Program-made: the position numbers and the translations under genes
Part shown: piece by piece, positions 11,381-23,147 of the stretch
Layout: the number at the start of each line of letters is the position of its first letter
Numbering within the stretch: the stretch's first letter is position 1
Notes under the pieces: model-generated
The model's database searches: none
What the model was told of the DNA's origin: nothing
Seen by the model: only the letters and a program-made list of their open reading frames with translations
Source: Octopus vulgaris
Taxonomy: Eukaryota
DNA: 64,000 bases
Direction of reading: 5' to 3'
NCBI GenBank assembly: GCA_951406725.2
Contig: OX597822.1
Location: forward strand, 100,130,001 to 100,194,000

Positions 11381-13914
11381 AAAAGGATAGAGCCTCAAAC
11401 CAAATATTTTAGTATTTAGTTCATCCCTTTACAGTCCAAATTCAATGAAATAAGTACTAGTCAAGTATTGGAGTTGGTATAATCAACTGATTCCTACCCA
11501 ACTCAGCACTTGGCAGCTACTTTTTCTAGCCCCTTTTTTTGGTGTCGTGTTTTTGTTTTCTAAAAACAATAAAAATGGAAAAGTGAGAGGCAAAATGAAC
11601 AGGGAAATAGAGTATCTCACTTCAGTTAAACAGGAGGCAGAAAACATATGACTTTCCCACCTCCATCTTACTTCATCGGCATGTGACATTGACTGCAACA
11701 TTACAACTGCTGACCCTGCTACATTACACTTCACCAACAATCCCTGTGCGAGTTATATTGAAGAGGGTGATGGTGACAGTAGTGACAAGGAGATCAGTAG
11801 TAGAACTGTAGCATCTACAACAGTAGCAACAACATCTCATGTGACCTGGTGCTAGCTTGGAAACAAGGTCACTTAAGCTAAGATCATGTTTCAATATAGT
11901 AATGAGACCAGGATATCTTATTACAGTCATTCATGCTTGTCAATGACTAAAAAGTGTACACAGGCCTAGTTCAAGTGGAGTGCTAATATTGTTCCGGAAA
12001 GGTCTGCATCTCAAAATATAGACAATCTTGGTTTTTGGTGGTAAATCAAGAATCCTAGATTTAACAGCAAAGCGACAATTCAGGCTACTGACCAGTTATG
12101 TCTCTATGTGACTTCTTCAGGCATCTAGAGACATTCTTGTAATGTCCCACTCATAAATACCAGTGGGTTATTAGAATAGCATCATGGACACACACTGGAA
12201 TTATATTGGACTATCTGATTGGTGTGAGTCTACTCAACCAGTTCCAGCTGTCTGGTGGGTACCCACTGGATTTTTTTAACATGCCATTGTAGACATAGAT
12301 AAACCATACTGTCACTTTCTGATTGAATCTAGATCAATATTCATTAGGTTAGTGGATAGGTATAACATAGGACATCCATGATGTCAGGTGGTCAGCTGCA
12401 CAAATCGCAAGTTTGTCATCTACACAGTTGGCCTATATAAAATTCTGAGTCAGGAGCCAGATTGCTGGAAGCTGAATGTGTCATTCTCTGCCTGGAAAGC
12501 CTACAGTAACTGGATTAGCAATGAAGTTAAACTGGAGTTGATGAGTGATTATAAACAAGTGGTAGTGGCATTCTCTGGAGTGAGTCATTAGAGTAAAACT
12601 GATAAAGTAAAGAAGTAATACTAGAAAGCAATAGATTACAGGGATGGGGCTCGTTAGCAGAATATAAGAGGCAATCAGCAAAGGCACTGTAAATGTGCCA
12701 ACAGACAAAATGATACTCAATTACTTCTTTGAAATAAAATATGAAGATTGCATTGTCAGATCTCTTAGACATTGGAGCACAAACCCATTTGATTGTTCCA
12801 CAAAAAAATATACCCTTCATGGTTTGTTAAAAACCACAAGGGGCAGGGTTTAATCAAATCCAGGTAGGCAGTGGTTTTCCAGCTTCACTTTTCATTTTTC
12901 TCAACTGTTTTGAGTGTTGTAATGACCTAAGGATAATAGACTTAAATGTCTACTTTGATGGCCTGTTGTGACTCTTGGCAAAAAGCTGGAGTGTCATAAA
13001 AAAAAAAAAGCGACAGCTGTGAGTTGTTGTGTGACAAGCAAATTACTTTCATTGGCCAGTTTGTCCAATGGATACATGGCAAATTTATTGACTTCTCTCT
13101 TAACTTATATATATGTTGCAACAGGTAACAGATTGGGGACATTCCCAGCTGTGTTAGCTGGGAAGTGGTGGTATTGAGGAAGAAAAGAAACAAGAGTGAT
13201 ATTGATAAATTCTGGCCTATAACTCTACTGAATGCAGAGATTAAGATTTTGCCCAATGTATTATTAAAAATATTAAAATGATGAACTAAATGGCTAACAG
13301 TATAAAGTTTCATATCTCTACTTTGTCAGTTAAGTTGACTCCACTCCATTTGTACAAAATTGTGGTACTGTGTCAAGGGATGGGAAAATTATTATTGAAG
13401 CTATTATCATCACCATCATCATCATCATTATTATTATAATTATTAAGGCAGCAAGCTGACAGAATTACTAGCATGCCTGGCAAAATGCTTAGCAGTATTT
13501 TGTCTGTCCTTATGTTCTGAGTTCAAATTTTGCTGAGGCCGACTGATAAATTAAGTACCAGTGAAGCATTGGGTTGATGTAATCAACTAGTTTCCTCCCA
13601 CCAAATTTCAGGTCTCATGCCTTTAGTAGAAAGGATTGTTGTTGGTGGTGGTAGTGGTGGCGGTGCTGCTGCTGCTGACAGAATCATAAGCATGCAATCA
13701 AAATGCTTGGTAGCATTTCATCCATCTTCACGTTGTGAGTTCAAATTCTGCTTGGGTCAACTTTACCTTTCATCATTCTGGAGTCAATAAAATAAGTACC
13801 AGCTGAGTACTGGGGTCGACACAATGAACTTACCCCTTCCACAAAATTGTTGGTATTGTGCCAAAATTTGAAATCATTATTATAATTGTTGTTGTTGTTT
13901 GGTCTTTGTTCCAG

Positions 13915-14020
13915 AATCAATACAATACTGCGTGCTATCAGACAAAACAAAGCATCTGCCAAAAGACTGCGACATGATATTCAACAACAACTTCAAGCAT
14001 CAAAGGAGAGGAATAAAAAG
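13915..14020 (+). CDS. UVRAG: UVRAG exon E (coiled coil), (R)INTILRAIRQNKASAKRLRHDIQQQLQASKERNKK
   Basis: ttccAG acceptor, AAG|GTACG donor, phase 2/0. Similar to human [26 protein letters not shown]. Confidence 0.88.
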
Positions 14021-14189
14021 GTACGATTTGTGAAAGAAACTTATGTTTTTGCGAGTTTTGTCTGAATTCCCAATACACAAGTTGCTAGTTCAATATCCTA
14101 ATCACTGTCTCAAATCTTTTGATACCAACCTTCTCGAGACCACCCCTAGTTTTATGATTGGTAGAACCTTTTTGTTTTAGAGTGATGAT

Positions 14190-14497
14190 GATCATCATCA
14201 TCATCATTTAACGTCCGTTTTCCATGCTAGCATGGGTTGGACGGTTCGACCGGGGTCTGGGAAGCCTGAAGGCTCCACCAGGCTCCAGTCTGATCTGGCA
14301 GTGTTTCTACAGCTGGATGCCCTTCCTAACACCAACCACTCCATGAGTGTAGTGGGTGCTTTTTATGTGCCAGGCGAGGCTGGCAACGGCCACAATCGGT
14401 TGGTGCTTTTTACCTGCCACCGGCACGGAAGCCAGTCAAGGCAGCGCTGGCATCGGCCACGTTCGAATGGTGCTTTTTACGTGCCACCGGCACAGGG
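14190..14497 (-). mobile_element. RTE 3'-tail copy inserted in a second piggyBac-like MITE family (about 14113-14640)
   Basis: (CAT)n TTAACGTCCGTTTTCCATGCTAGCATGGG...; host MITE sequence (AAACCTTCCATCAAAATTT) resumes after it. Confidence 0.8.
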
Positions 14498-14694
14498 ATC
14501 AAACCTTCCATCAAAATTTTATGTAAATTCAAGTTCCAAACACTAGTTTAATAATGACAAAATCATTTTCCTAAGTTCTTCATTATTTTCAAAATTAGTA
14601 TATCTCAAGAGAAATATTGTAATTAATGGCTTAAGAAGTAAATCATCAGAAATAATGTTAATGAAACAGATTTTATTTCTTTTCTCTTCAACAG

Positions 14695-14821
14695 CTGTCT
14701 GAAAAAGAAGAGCTGTTGCTGCGAGTGCATCAACTGCAAAGTGAGATGCAATGGCAGTCAGCCAACTTACAGAGTCAAAAGGAAGAGAGGGATTCTTTGA
14801 CAAATGACAATCATATTAGAA
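14695..14821 (+). CDS. UVRAG: UVRAG exon F (coiled coil), LSEKEELLLRVHQLQSEMQWQSANLQSQKEERDSLTNDNHIR
   Basis: Pyrimidine tract + CAG, GTGAGT donor, phase 0/1. Similar to human [21 protein letters not shown]. Confidence 0.88.
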
Positions 14822-14941
14822 GTGAGTATTGATGCAATTTATTACTGCTGCCACCACAGTCACTATCAACACAATAGATAGCAGTGGGGGACCTCTTTTT
14901 TGCTAAAAATACAGTTTTTTAAGTTGTACTGAAGAAGATCT

Positions 14942-15207
14942 TCATCATCATCATTTAGCGTCCGCTTTCCATGTTGGAATGGGTTGGACGGTTCAGCTGG
15001 GGTCTGGGAAGCCAGAAGGCTGCGCCAGGCCCAGTCTGATCTGGCAGTGTTTCTGATGCCCTTCCTAATGCCAACCACTCCGTGAGTGTAGTGGGTGCTT
15101 TTTACGTGCCACCTACACAGGTGCCAGACGAAGCTGGCAAACGGCCACGGACGGATGGTGCTTTTTACGTGCCACCGGCACGAGGCCAGTCGGGGCAGCG
15201 CTGGCAA
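14942..15207 (-). mobile_element. RTE 3'-tail copy
   Basis: Reverse complement of the LINE 3' end at about 17890-18175. Confidence 0.8.
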
Positions 15208-15436
15208 CTTTATGTAATTTTTTGTAATATTTAATAAAATGAATTTTCTACTTTATAAACACAGTGAAACCTAGTATACAAATGACATTTTATAGTGTTT
15301 TTTTTTAAAGAAAAATGAATTGACCACTGGTAGGCTTTAGGATGAAAATGTATTTTTCTTTATTGAATTTACATTTGGACTAAGAGACTAATATTATACT
15401 TGAAATAATTTATAAAAATTTGTGCAAAGGATATAG

Positions 15437-18173
15437 CCCTGTCAACAATATTGGTGGTGGAACAATATTGTTGACAGGGCTATTAGACAAAAGAAACAGG
15501 CTTGGAAGGCCTGGAAGAACGGTGGTAGCAGGGAAGGGTATCAGACTGCCAGAAGGGAAGCTAGGAGACAGGTCTATCTAGCCAGAGGGGAAGCAGATAA
15601 CAGAAAATTTGCCAATGTCCTGCGCCGTGAGGATGAAAGACTTGAGGTATTTCGTGTTGCAAGACAGTGTGTGAGAGAGAATCGTGATGTGGTAGGAGAG
15701 AAATGTGTTCGCATGGAGGATGGTTCACTTGCGCTAAATGAGGATGCAAAGAGAGAAGCTTGGAGACGCCACTATGAAAGGTTACTGAATGAGGAAAATG
15801 AATGGGATAAAGAGAGTCTGCCGAATGTTGACCCTACAGAGGGACCAGCTATCCGAGTTGATAGTTCCGTGGTAGCTAAGGCAATTAGAAGCATGAAGAC
15901 AGGGAAAGCCCAGGCCCATCAGGAATTACTGCAGAGATGCTCAAAATATCTGGCAGTGTCGGCTATAACCTAGTCACCCGTATAGTCAACCAGGTGATAC
16001 ACGAAGGAGTCATACCCAATGACTGGTGCAGCAGCATACTAGTCAACTGCTACAAAGGTAAAGGTGATGCCCTAGATACAAATAATTACAGAGGTATCAA
16101 GCTGTTGGATCAAGTAATGAAGGTTACGGAGAGGGTCATAGCCCAACTAATTAGAGAGAGAGTTAGTTTAGATGAGATGCAGTTTGGGTTCGTGCCAGGG
16201 AAAAGTACCACTGATGCTATATTCCTGGTAAGGCAGCTGCAGGAGAAATACCTAGCCAAAGATAAGCCCCTGTACCTGGCTTTCGTTGACATGGAGAAAG
16301 CTTTTGATAGGGTCCCCCGATCCCTTATCTGGTGGTCAATGAGGAAACTAGGGATAGATGAATGGCTGGTGAGGACTGTGCAAGCCATGTACAGAGATGC
16401 CGTAAGTAAGGTTAGGGTTGGCAACATGTACACAGAAGAATTCAAAGTAGAGGTTGGGGTCCACCAGGGTTCAGTACTCAGCCCCCTCCTATTTATCATA
16501 GTACTCCAGGCAATTACGGAGGAATTCAAGACAGGCTGTCCCTGGGAGCTCCTCTACGCTGACGACCTTGCTCTTATTGCTGAGTCACTATCAGAACTGG
16601 AGGAGAAGTTCCAGGTGTGGAAAGAGGGTTTAGAATCAAGGGGCCTTAGAGTCAACCTAGCTAAAACCAAAGTACTAATAAGTAGAAAGGTAGACAATCC
16701 ACAAATATCTTCAGGAAGATGGCCCTGCTCGATCTGTAGAAAAGGTGTAGGTAGAAACTCTATAAGATGTACCCAGTGTAAGCTATGGACACATAAGAGG
16801 TGCAGCAATGTCAAAGGTAGGCTAACTGGGAAGATAGTTTTTGTATGTGGCAGATGCTTGGGAGCATTAACCTCCGAAAATCTGCAGAAAACAACTTCCG
16901 TCACTTTCCAGGGGGAAAAACTAGAAGTAGTTGATAGCTTCCGTTATCTAGGTGACCAAGTCAGTAGTGGGGGTGGGTGCGCTGAAAGTGTAACTGCTAG
17001 AATAAGAATAGCCTGGGCAAAGTTTAGGGAGCTCTTACCTCTGCTGGTGACTAAAGGCCTCTCGCTCAGAGTAAAAGGCAGACTGTATGATGCGTGTGTA
17101 CGAACAGCCATGCTACATGGCAGCGAAACATGGGCCGTGACTGCTGAGGACATGCGTAAGCTCGTGAGGAATGAAGCCAGTATGCTCCGATGGATGTGTA
17201 ATGTCAGTGTACATACTCGACAGAGCGTTAGCACCTTGAGAGAAATGTTGTACCTAAGAAGCATCAGTTGTGGTGTGCAAGAGAGACGATTGCGCTGGTA
17301 TGGTCATGTGGCGAGAATGGATGAAGATAGGTGTGTGAGAAAGTGCCAATCCCTAGCAGTTGAGGGAACCCGTGGAAGAGGTAGACCCAGGAAAACCTGG
17401 GACGAGGTGGTGAAGCACGACCTTCGAACTTTAGGCCTCACTGAGGAAATGACCAGAGACCGAGACCTTTGGAAATATTCTGTACGTGAGAAGACCAGGC
17501 AGGACAAGTGAGCCCAGCCCACTTATGAATGCCTTTCCTCCCTTGGACACAAAGACCGGTTGAGGCAAGCGAAGTCGATATAGAACCTCATCCGACGACA
17601 GACACCCATGCCAACCCCCCATGCTTGCGAAGACATGTTGGGGCAAGCGAAATCGAAATCGAAACCGAATTGAACCAGCCAGGATCCCTGGCCTGGTGGT
17701 ACGTAAAAAGCACTATCCGACTCGTGGCCGTGGCACGTAAAATACTCCAATGCGACCGTACGACAGGCACCCATGCCAACCCCCTTTGCTTGTGAAGACA
17801 TGTTGGGGCAAGCGAAATCGAAATCGAATTGAACCAGCCAGGATCCCTGGCCTGATGGTACGTAAAAAGCACTATCCGACTCGTGGCCGATGCCAGCACC
17901 GCCTCGACTGGCTTCCGTGCCGGTGGCACATAAAATACACCAATCTGACCGTGGCCGTTGCCAGTCCCGCCTGGCACCTGTGCAGGTGGCACGTAAAAAG
18001 CACCCACTACACTCACGGAGTGGTTGGCGTTAGGAAGGGCATCCAGCTGTAGAAACATTGCCAAATTTAGACTGGAGCCTGGTGCAGCCTTCTGGCTTCC
18101 CAGAACCCCGGTCGAACCGTCCAACCCATGCTAGCATGGAGAACGGACGTTAAACGACGATGATGATGATGAT
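15437..18173 (+). mobile_element. Young 5'-truncated RTE-clade LINE with (GAT)n tail, 5' fold-back and GATATAG TSD
   Basis: Linker plus complete RT region, 3' UTR with internal repeats. TSD GATATAG at 15430-15436 and 18174-18180. Confidence 0.93.
15452..17511 (+). pseudogene. RTE ORF (truncated, one frameshift near 15910): reverse transcriptase with an inserted PHD-type finger
   Basis: NYRGIKLL, QFGF, AFVDMEKAFDRV, GVHQGSVLSPLLF, YADD (16555-16566), FRYLG, RGRGRPRKTW. GKAPGPSG is broken by a 1-nt deletion. No endonuclease domain. Confidence 0.92.
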
Positions 18174-18499
18174 GATATAGAAGAAACTCTATTGGCTATT
18201 CATTATCTGTAAATTTTGGGTTAATTACATTCTAATGAAGAGAACTTCAGGTCAGTTTATCACAACTAATTGTTTGAGGTATTTGTATGGTTAATAAATC
18301 AAAAAGCAGTGTCAGTTTTGATGTATATTTGTAATTGAAATCTTGGGACTTAAACTGAAAGTAAATTTTGCTAAAAATTCAAATTTTTAGAAGCTAACAT
18401 AATTAGAAAGAAACAATTATCTGAGGAATATTTAATGAATCTGTCCTGACAGATAAGTATGGTAGATTCAATAGCATTAAACATATGGATATTTGTCTC

Positions 18500-18905
18500 A
18501 TCATCATCCTTCATCATTTAATATCTACTTTTCCATGCTTGCATTGGTCAGATGGAACTTGGTGAGACAGATATTTTTATAGGTGGATGCCTTTGTTGTT
18601 GCCAACCCTCACCTGTTTCCAAATAGGATAATATTTCCCTTGGCCAGACATGTTTTTGCAGAAGACTGGAAACAAACAACATTGCTTGTATAATGATGAT
18701 GCTCATTTACAGCCTTTATGTGATGTCAAGACAAGGGCATACACATACACACAACACGCACATGATGAGTTTCATTCAGTTTATCAAATTTATTCACAAG
18801 GCTTTGGTCAACCCAGGGGTAGAGTAGAAGACACTTGCCTAAGGTGCTGTGCAGTGGGACTGAACCTGAACCCGAGACCATATGGTTGGGTAGCAAACTT
18901 TTCAA
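18500..18905 (-). mobile_element. Chimeric SINE family G (family A tRNA-like head + RTE-type (GAT)n tail)
   Basis: CATCATTTAAT..CTTTTCCATGCTTGCA...GGATGCC...AGACACTTGCC...GTGGGACTGAACC. Other copies near 60-418(+), 3320-3860, 21535-21950, 23245-23550, 27760-28146, 54595-54910(+), 55323-55710. Confidence 0.7.
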
Positions 18906-19754
18906 TATGTTAATCTGGCACCTATTCTCTATAGCTTGAAGACTTGAGATATGAAGAACTAATGATTCTACCCAGACATGCAAATAAATATTTATACAGA
19001 TGTAACCCTACAGACATGAACTTGTCATCCAGTACCACATCTGTTTTATTGCAAGATGCAGTATTGCTGTTCATTGTGCATACCTAACATCAAAGGCCTT
19101 CCACCTCATCCAATGTACTTCTGTAAATATAAAACAGTAAGATATTATTTGAGAGAGAGATTTGGCTGCTATTTCTAGCAGATAAGTGATCATGTAGAGT
19201 CTCCCTAATTGGCTTGAAATCACTAAATAAATTACAAAGCTGTGAGGGAAGACCGTTATAGTAGCAACCAACTGAAATAGCAAATAAGAGATTCATTAAT
19301 TAACAGTGAACGCATTTAGTAATTGGCAAATTAAGAAATTGGCAAACATAATTTGACTAACATAAAACTTTCAGCACAATTTCAAATTACTAAAGCTATA
19401 CAAGAAAGTAATAGCCAAAGCTTTAGCTACTCTGAGAAGGTCCAGAAAAATCATTGCTATTTGTGATATTTTTAAAATATGAATTATATTTATAACCTTA
19501 TATATTCAAAGATGACTATCAAGAATCAACTACTTTTTGTATCTGTGAATATTGAAAAAAAACCAAAGCAATACAAAATAAATCCCTGAGTAATGTATTC
19601 CAACCTGTCAGCAATCACCCCTGGTTTTATAGTATAAATTTCCTGGTTTACAGTTATCTAAAGTAAAACCTTCCATCAAAATTTCATGTTAGATCATGTT
19701 CCAAGTACCAACTTAATCATGACAAATTGATTGAAACAAAGTATATTTCGACAG

Positions 19755-20265
19755 GTGGAGGCGTGTGGCTTAATGGTTAGGGTGTCAGAATCGTAATCAT
19801 AAGATTGTGGTTTCAATTCCTGGATCAGGCAACGTGTTGTATTCTTGAGAAAAACACTTCATTTCACGTTGCTCAAGTCCACTCAGCTGGCAAAAAATAA
19901 GTAATGCTGCGATGGACTGGCGTCCCGTCCAGCTGGGGAACATGTACACGATTGAAACCAGGAAACCGGGCCCATGAGCCTGGCTAGGCTTTAAAAGGGC
20001 ACATTTATTTAGTGGAGGCATGTAGCTTAGTGGTTAGGGTGTCAGCACCATGATCGTAAGATTGTGGTTTCAATTCCTGGACCTGGTGACGTGTTGTGTT
20101 CTTGAGCAAAACACTTCATTTCACGTTGCTCCAGTCCACTCAGCTAGAAAAAATGAGTAACGCTGCGATGGACTGGCTTCCTTCCAGCTGGGGAACACAT
20201 ACACCATAGAAACCAGGTCCATGAGCCTGGCTAGGCTTTAAAAAGGCGCATTTATTTATTTATTA
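19755..20265 (+). mobile_element. Head-to-tail dimer of a tRNA-derived SINE (family D) inserted in a piggyBac-like MITE
   Basis: Two ~255-bp units starting GTGGAGGC.TGT.GCTTA.TGGTTAGGGTGTCAG and ending TTAAAAGGGC.CATTTATTT. Imperfect TSD TATATTTCGACAG / TATATTTCAATAG. Confidence 0.8.
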
Positions 20266-21417
20266 TATTTCAATAGAAAGATGATAACAATGAGGTTAAT
20301 AATGACAATATTATTTTATTAAATTCTTCATTGTTTTCAAAATTAATTAAAACACAGGTGGTATATTTCAACAATGTGATGGTGCCAAAAGAGTTAAGAT
20401 ATGGTTGAAGGTTGTTATTTAGCACCACCAAGCTATAAACAAATTTATATCATTTTAGATTACCTGTTGTAGTGTTTTCTAAAATAATAAATGTAAAAGA
20501 ATCAAGCTGTAAGTCACATATAATATATGATTAAGACTGTTGATTGTTGAATATATTGTCATAATTTTATTTACATTGCTTTTTCATACCAGTTTGATTT
20601 GACGGTACATTCTATATTGATGCATTTTGCAATGACTTTCAAAATGCTAACCACTTACTTTTAAGTGATTCCAAAATGGAGAACTACCTTATCGTTTTAG
20701 ATATATTTTAACCTTATGGCTAATAACTGAGTTTTTTTGCTGTTCCTAACACTTTGTTTACATACAAGGTTAACCCTTTTGTTACCATATATCAGTTGAA
20801 AAACACTGCTTTCATCATCATCATTATTATCATTGTTTAATGTCCACTTTCCATTCTAGCATGGGTTGGACAATTTTGACTGAGGGCTGGCGAACCAGAT
20901 GGCTGCACAAGGCTCCAATCTTGATCTGGCAGAGTTTCTACAGCTGGATGCCCTTCCTAACACCAACCACTCTGAGAGTGTAGTGGGTGCTTTTTACAAG
21001 CCAACTCCTTATTAAACTTGTGTCAAGAGTAGAAAGCTAGCAAGGCTGTTAGCACATTGGGAAGAATTCTTTGCAATATTAGTTTTAGATTGCTACATTC
21101 CGAGTTCAAATCCTGCTGAGATCAACTTTGCTTTCATCCTTTCAGGGTTAATAAAATGAAAGTATCACTCAAGTGAAGAGGTTGATGTAATCAACTGATT
21201 CTCTGCCCCCAAAATTACTGACCTTATGTCAAAATTTGAAACATAAATTAAACACGAAATTTTGATGGAAAGTTTTAATTTAAATCACTTTAAGACATGA
21301 AGTCTGTGTTATAGAATCAGGGTCAGCCTCAGAAATTGTAACTACATATGATCGATAAATTAACATAATTTTTTATTTTTATTAACTATGAGAATATCTT
21401 GGACATTTTGCTTACAG

Positions 21418-21502
21418 AGACATTTTTACAAGAACAATATGCAGCAATTAAAGTGGAGCGAACGGAGCTGGAAGAGAAGAGAAAAAACCATAATTCCCTT
21501 AG
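21418..21502 (+). CDS. UVRAG: UVRAG exon G, (K)TFLQEQYAAIKVERTELEEKRKNHNSL(R)
   Basis: cttacAG acceptor, AG|GTAAA donor. Phase 1/2 fits both neighbours. Coiled-coil-like, aligns to human [28 protein letters not shown]. Confidence 0.82.
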
Positions 21503-21759
21503 GTAAAAAAATTACTGTTATAATTTTACACAGTCATCATTTTAATGTCCATTTTCCTATGTTCACATGAGTCAAATGGAATGCATTGTGGCAGATTTTC
21601 TATGGCTGGATGCCCTTCTTGTCACTGTCCCTACTTATTCCTAAGCAAGGAAATATTGTTCTCACAGAAGACGGGAAACAAAGGAGACCAATTGTATGAT
21701 GGTGATGCTCGTATACAACTAGCATGTGATATCAAGACTATGCAAATCTAATACATGCA

Positions 21760-21793
<34 letters not shown>

Positions 21794-22928
21794 ATGAACT
21801 TCTTTCAGTTTTTGTTTACCAAATCCATTCATAAGGTTGGCCCAGAGCTTTAGTAGAAGACACTTGCCCAAGGTGCCATACAGTAGGACTGAACATGAAA
21901 CCATGTGGTTAAGAAGAAAATATCTTAACCACACAAATCCTGCCCTCACCTATATGCCATTTATGCACCTATATTGAATTTTAATATCAACCTTATAATG
22001 CTCGTTGTTAATAATTCTTTGTTTCAAATACTAAGCTCTTATTAGTAGTAGATGATGAAATTGAAAGCTATTTCAAACTTTTAAGAATTCTTTACATTTG
22101 AACAGCTTTATTGCACGGAAGCAAATAAATTATTAAATGTAACTCTATTAAAGTTTTAATTCAAATTAATAGATTCCACAGCTTTAAGAAATCAACTTAA
22201 GATTAAAAAATTTTTAAAGTACAAATCTTCCACACAGATTATTTTATACTATTATTTTATATTTTCCTTTTGTTGCACGTTTTTCTTAATAATAATAATA
22301 ATAATTGCTTAATAATTTAATTGTTAAAGTCTATTTTGAAACCATTATTTTTGATTTTTAATCCTTAAAAATCGTATGTATTAAAAACAGAAAGTGTGTG
22401 TGCATGCATGCATGTATGTGTGTGTGTGTGCCTGCATAAAACAGCTTTAATAACTGTAAACTATTGAGCTATATTTGCATAACCTAATTTCTGAGTGTTC
22501 ATACATTTTAAAACATTCCAGTCAAATATTTAATGCATGTAGTTTTCCATGGGAAAATTCTTTAAGATTATTGTTTTAGCATAATTCTACAGAATATAAT
22601 ACATAAATGAGGTTTTGTAAACAAATCCCCACTAAATTGTTTTATTTCCTGCTGCATGTTAACCAATGTTTTAACTCTTGCTTTATTTGCCTTCCAAGCC
22701 TGCATTTTATCATTGCTTTTTTAACAAGTTGTCTACACATTATTATTTAGTATTAAAATGTTGGAAGGTTTACCGAGGCCTTATTTTTTACTTTTCATGA
22801 AAACAGCAAAAATAAATGATGTGGCTCAGTGATTCATTCACTAAACACAAAAAAATATTAGTTTCCTTCCACTTTATTTTTTTTTTTTTTTTTTGACATT
22901 TTAGAAGGTATATAATGGATATGGTTAA

Positions 22929-23147
22929 CCCTTTAGTATTTAAACCGGCCATATCCGGCCAAAATATTTAATCTGTTTTATGTTCAAACTGACCAGATCC
23001 AGGCTCTCACACCTACCCTACAATGTTATTCTACATTAAGTAATTACACCATCAAGATCTTGAAGATATGAGATAATGCATGATTAATTCAAATCAATGG
23101 GAATCAATAAGCATTATGTTTGATAGAATAATCTGAACACTAAAGGG
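22929..23147. mobile_element. piggyBac-like MITE with intact TTAA TSD
   Basis: TTAA|CCCTTTAG...CTAAAGGG|TTAA. Confidence 0.8.

Noticed and set aside
11560-12830. GC-richer stretch that looks like decayed transposon coding sequence
   Set aside because: No diagnostic motif or termini that I could recognise.
16110-17522. Minus-strand ORFs over the LINE
   Set aside because: Antisense shadows of the RT ORF.
17690-18010. Repeat-spacer-like pattern (GTGGCACGTAAAAAGCAC units) resembling a CRISPR array
   Set aside because: Eukaryotic LINE UTR. Intervening segments are related to each other and there are no cas genes.
22895-22915. Possible 3-nt microexon ttttAG|AAG|GTATAT after a long T tract
   Set aside because: Weak donor and no independent support. 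Only junction reads could rescue it.
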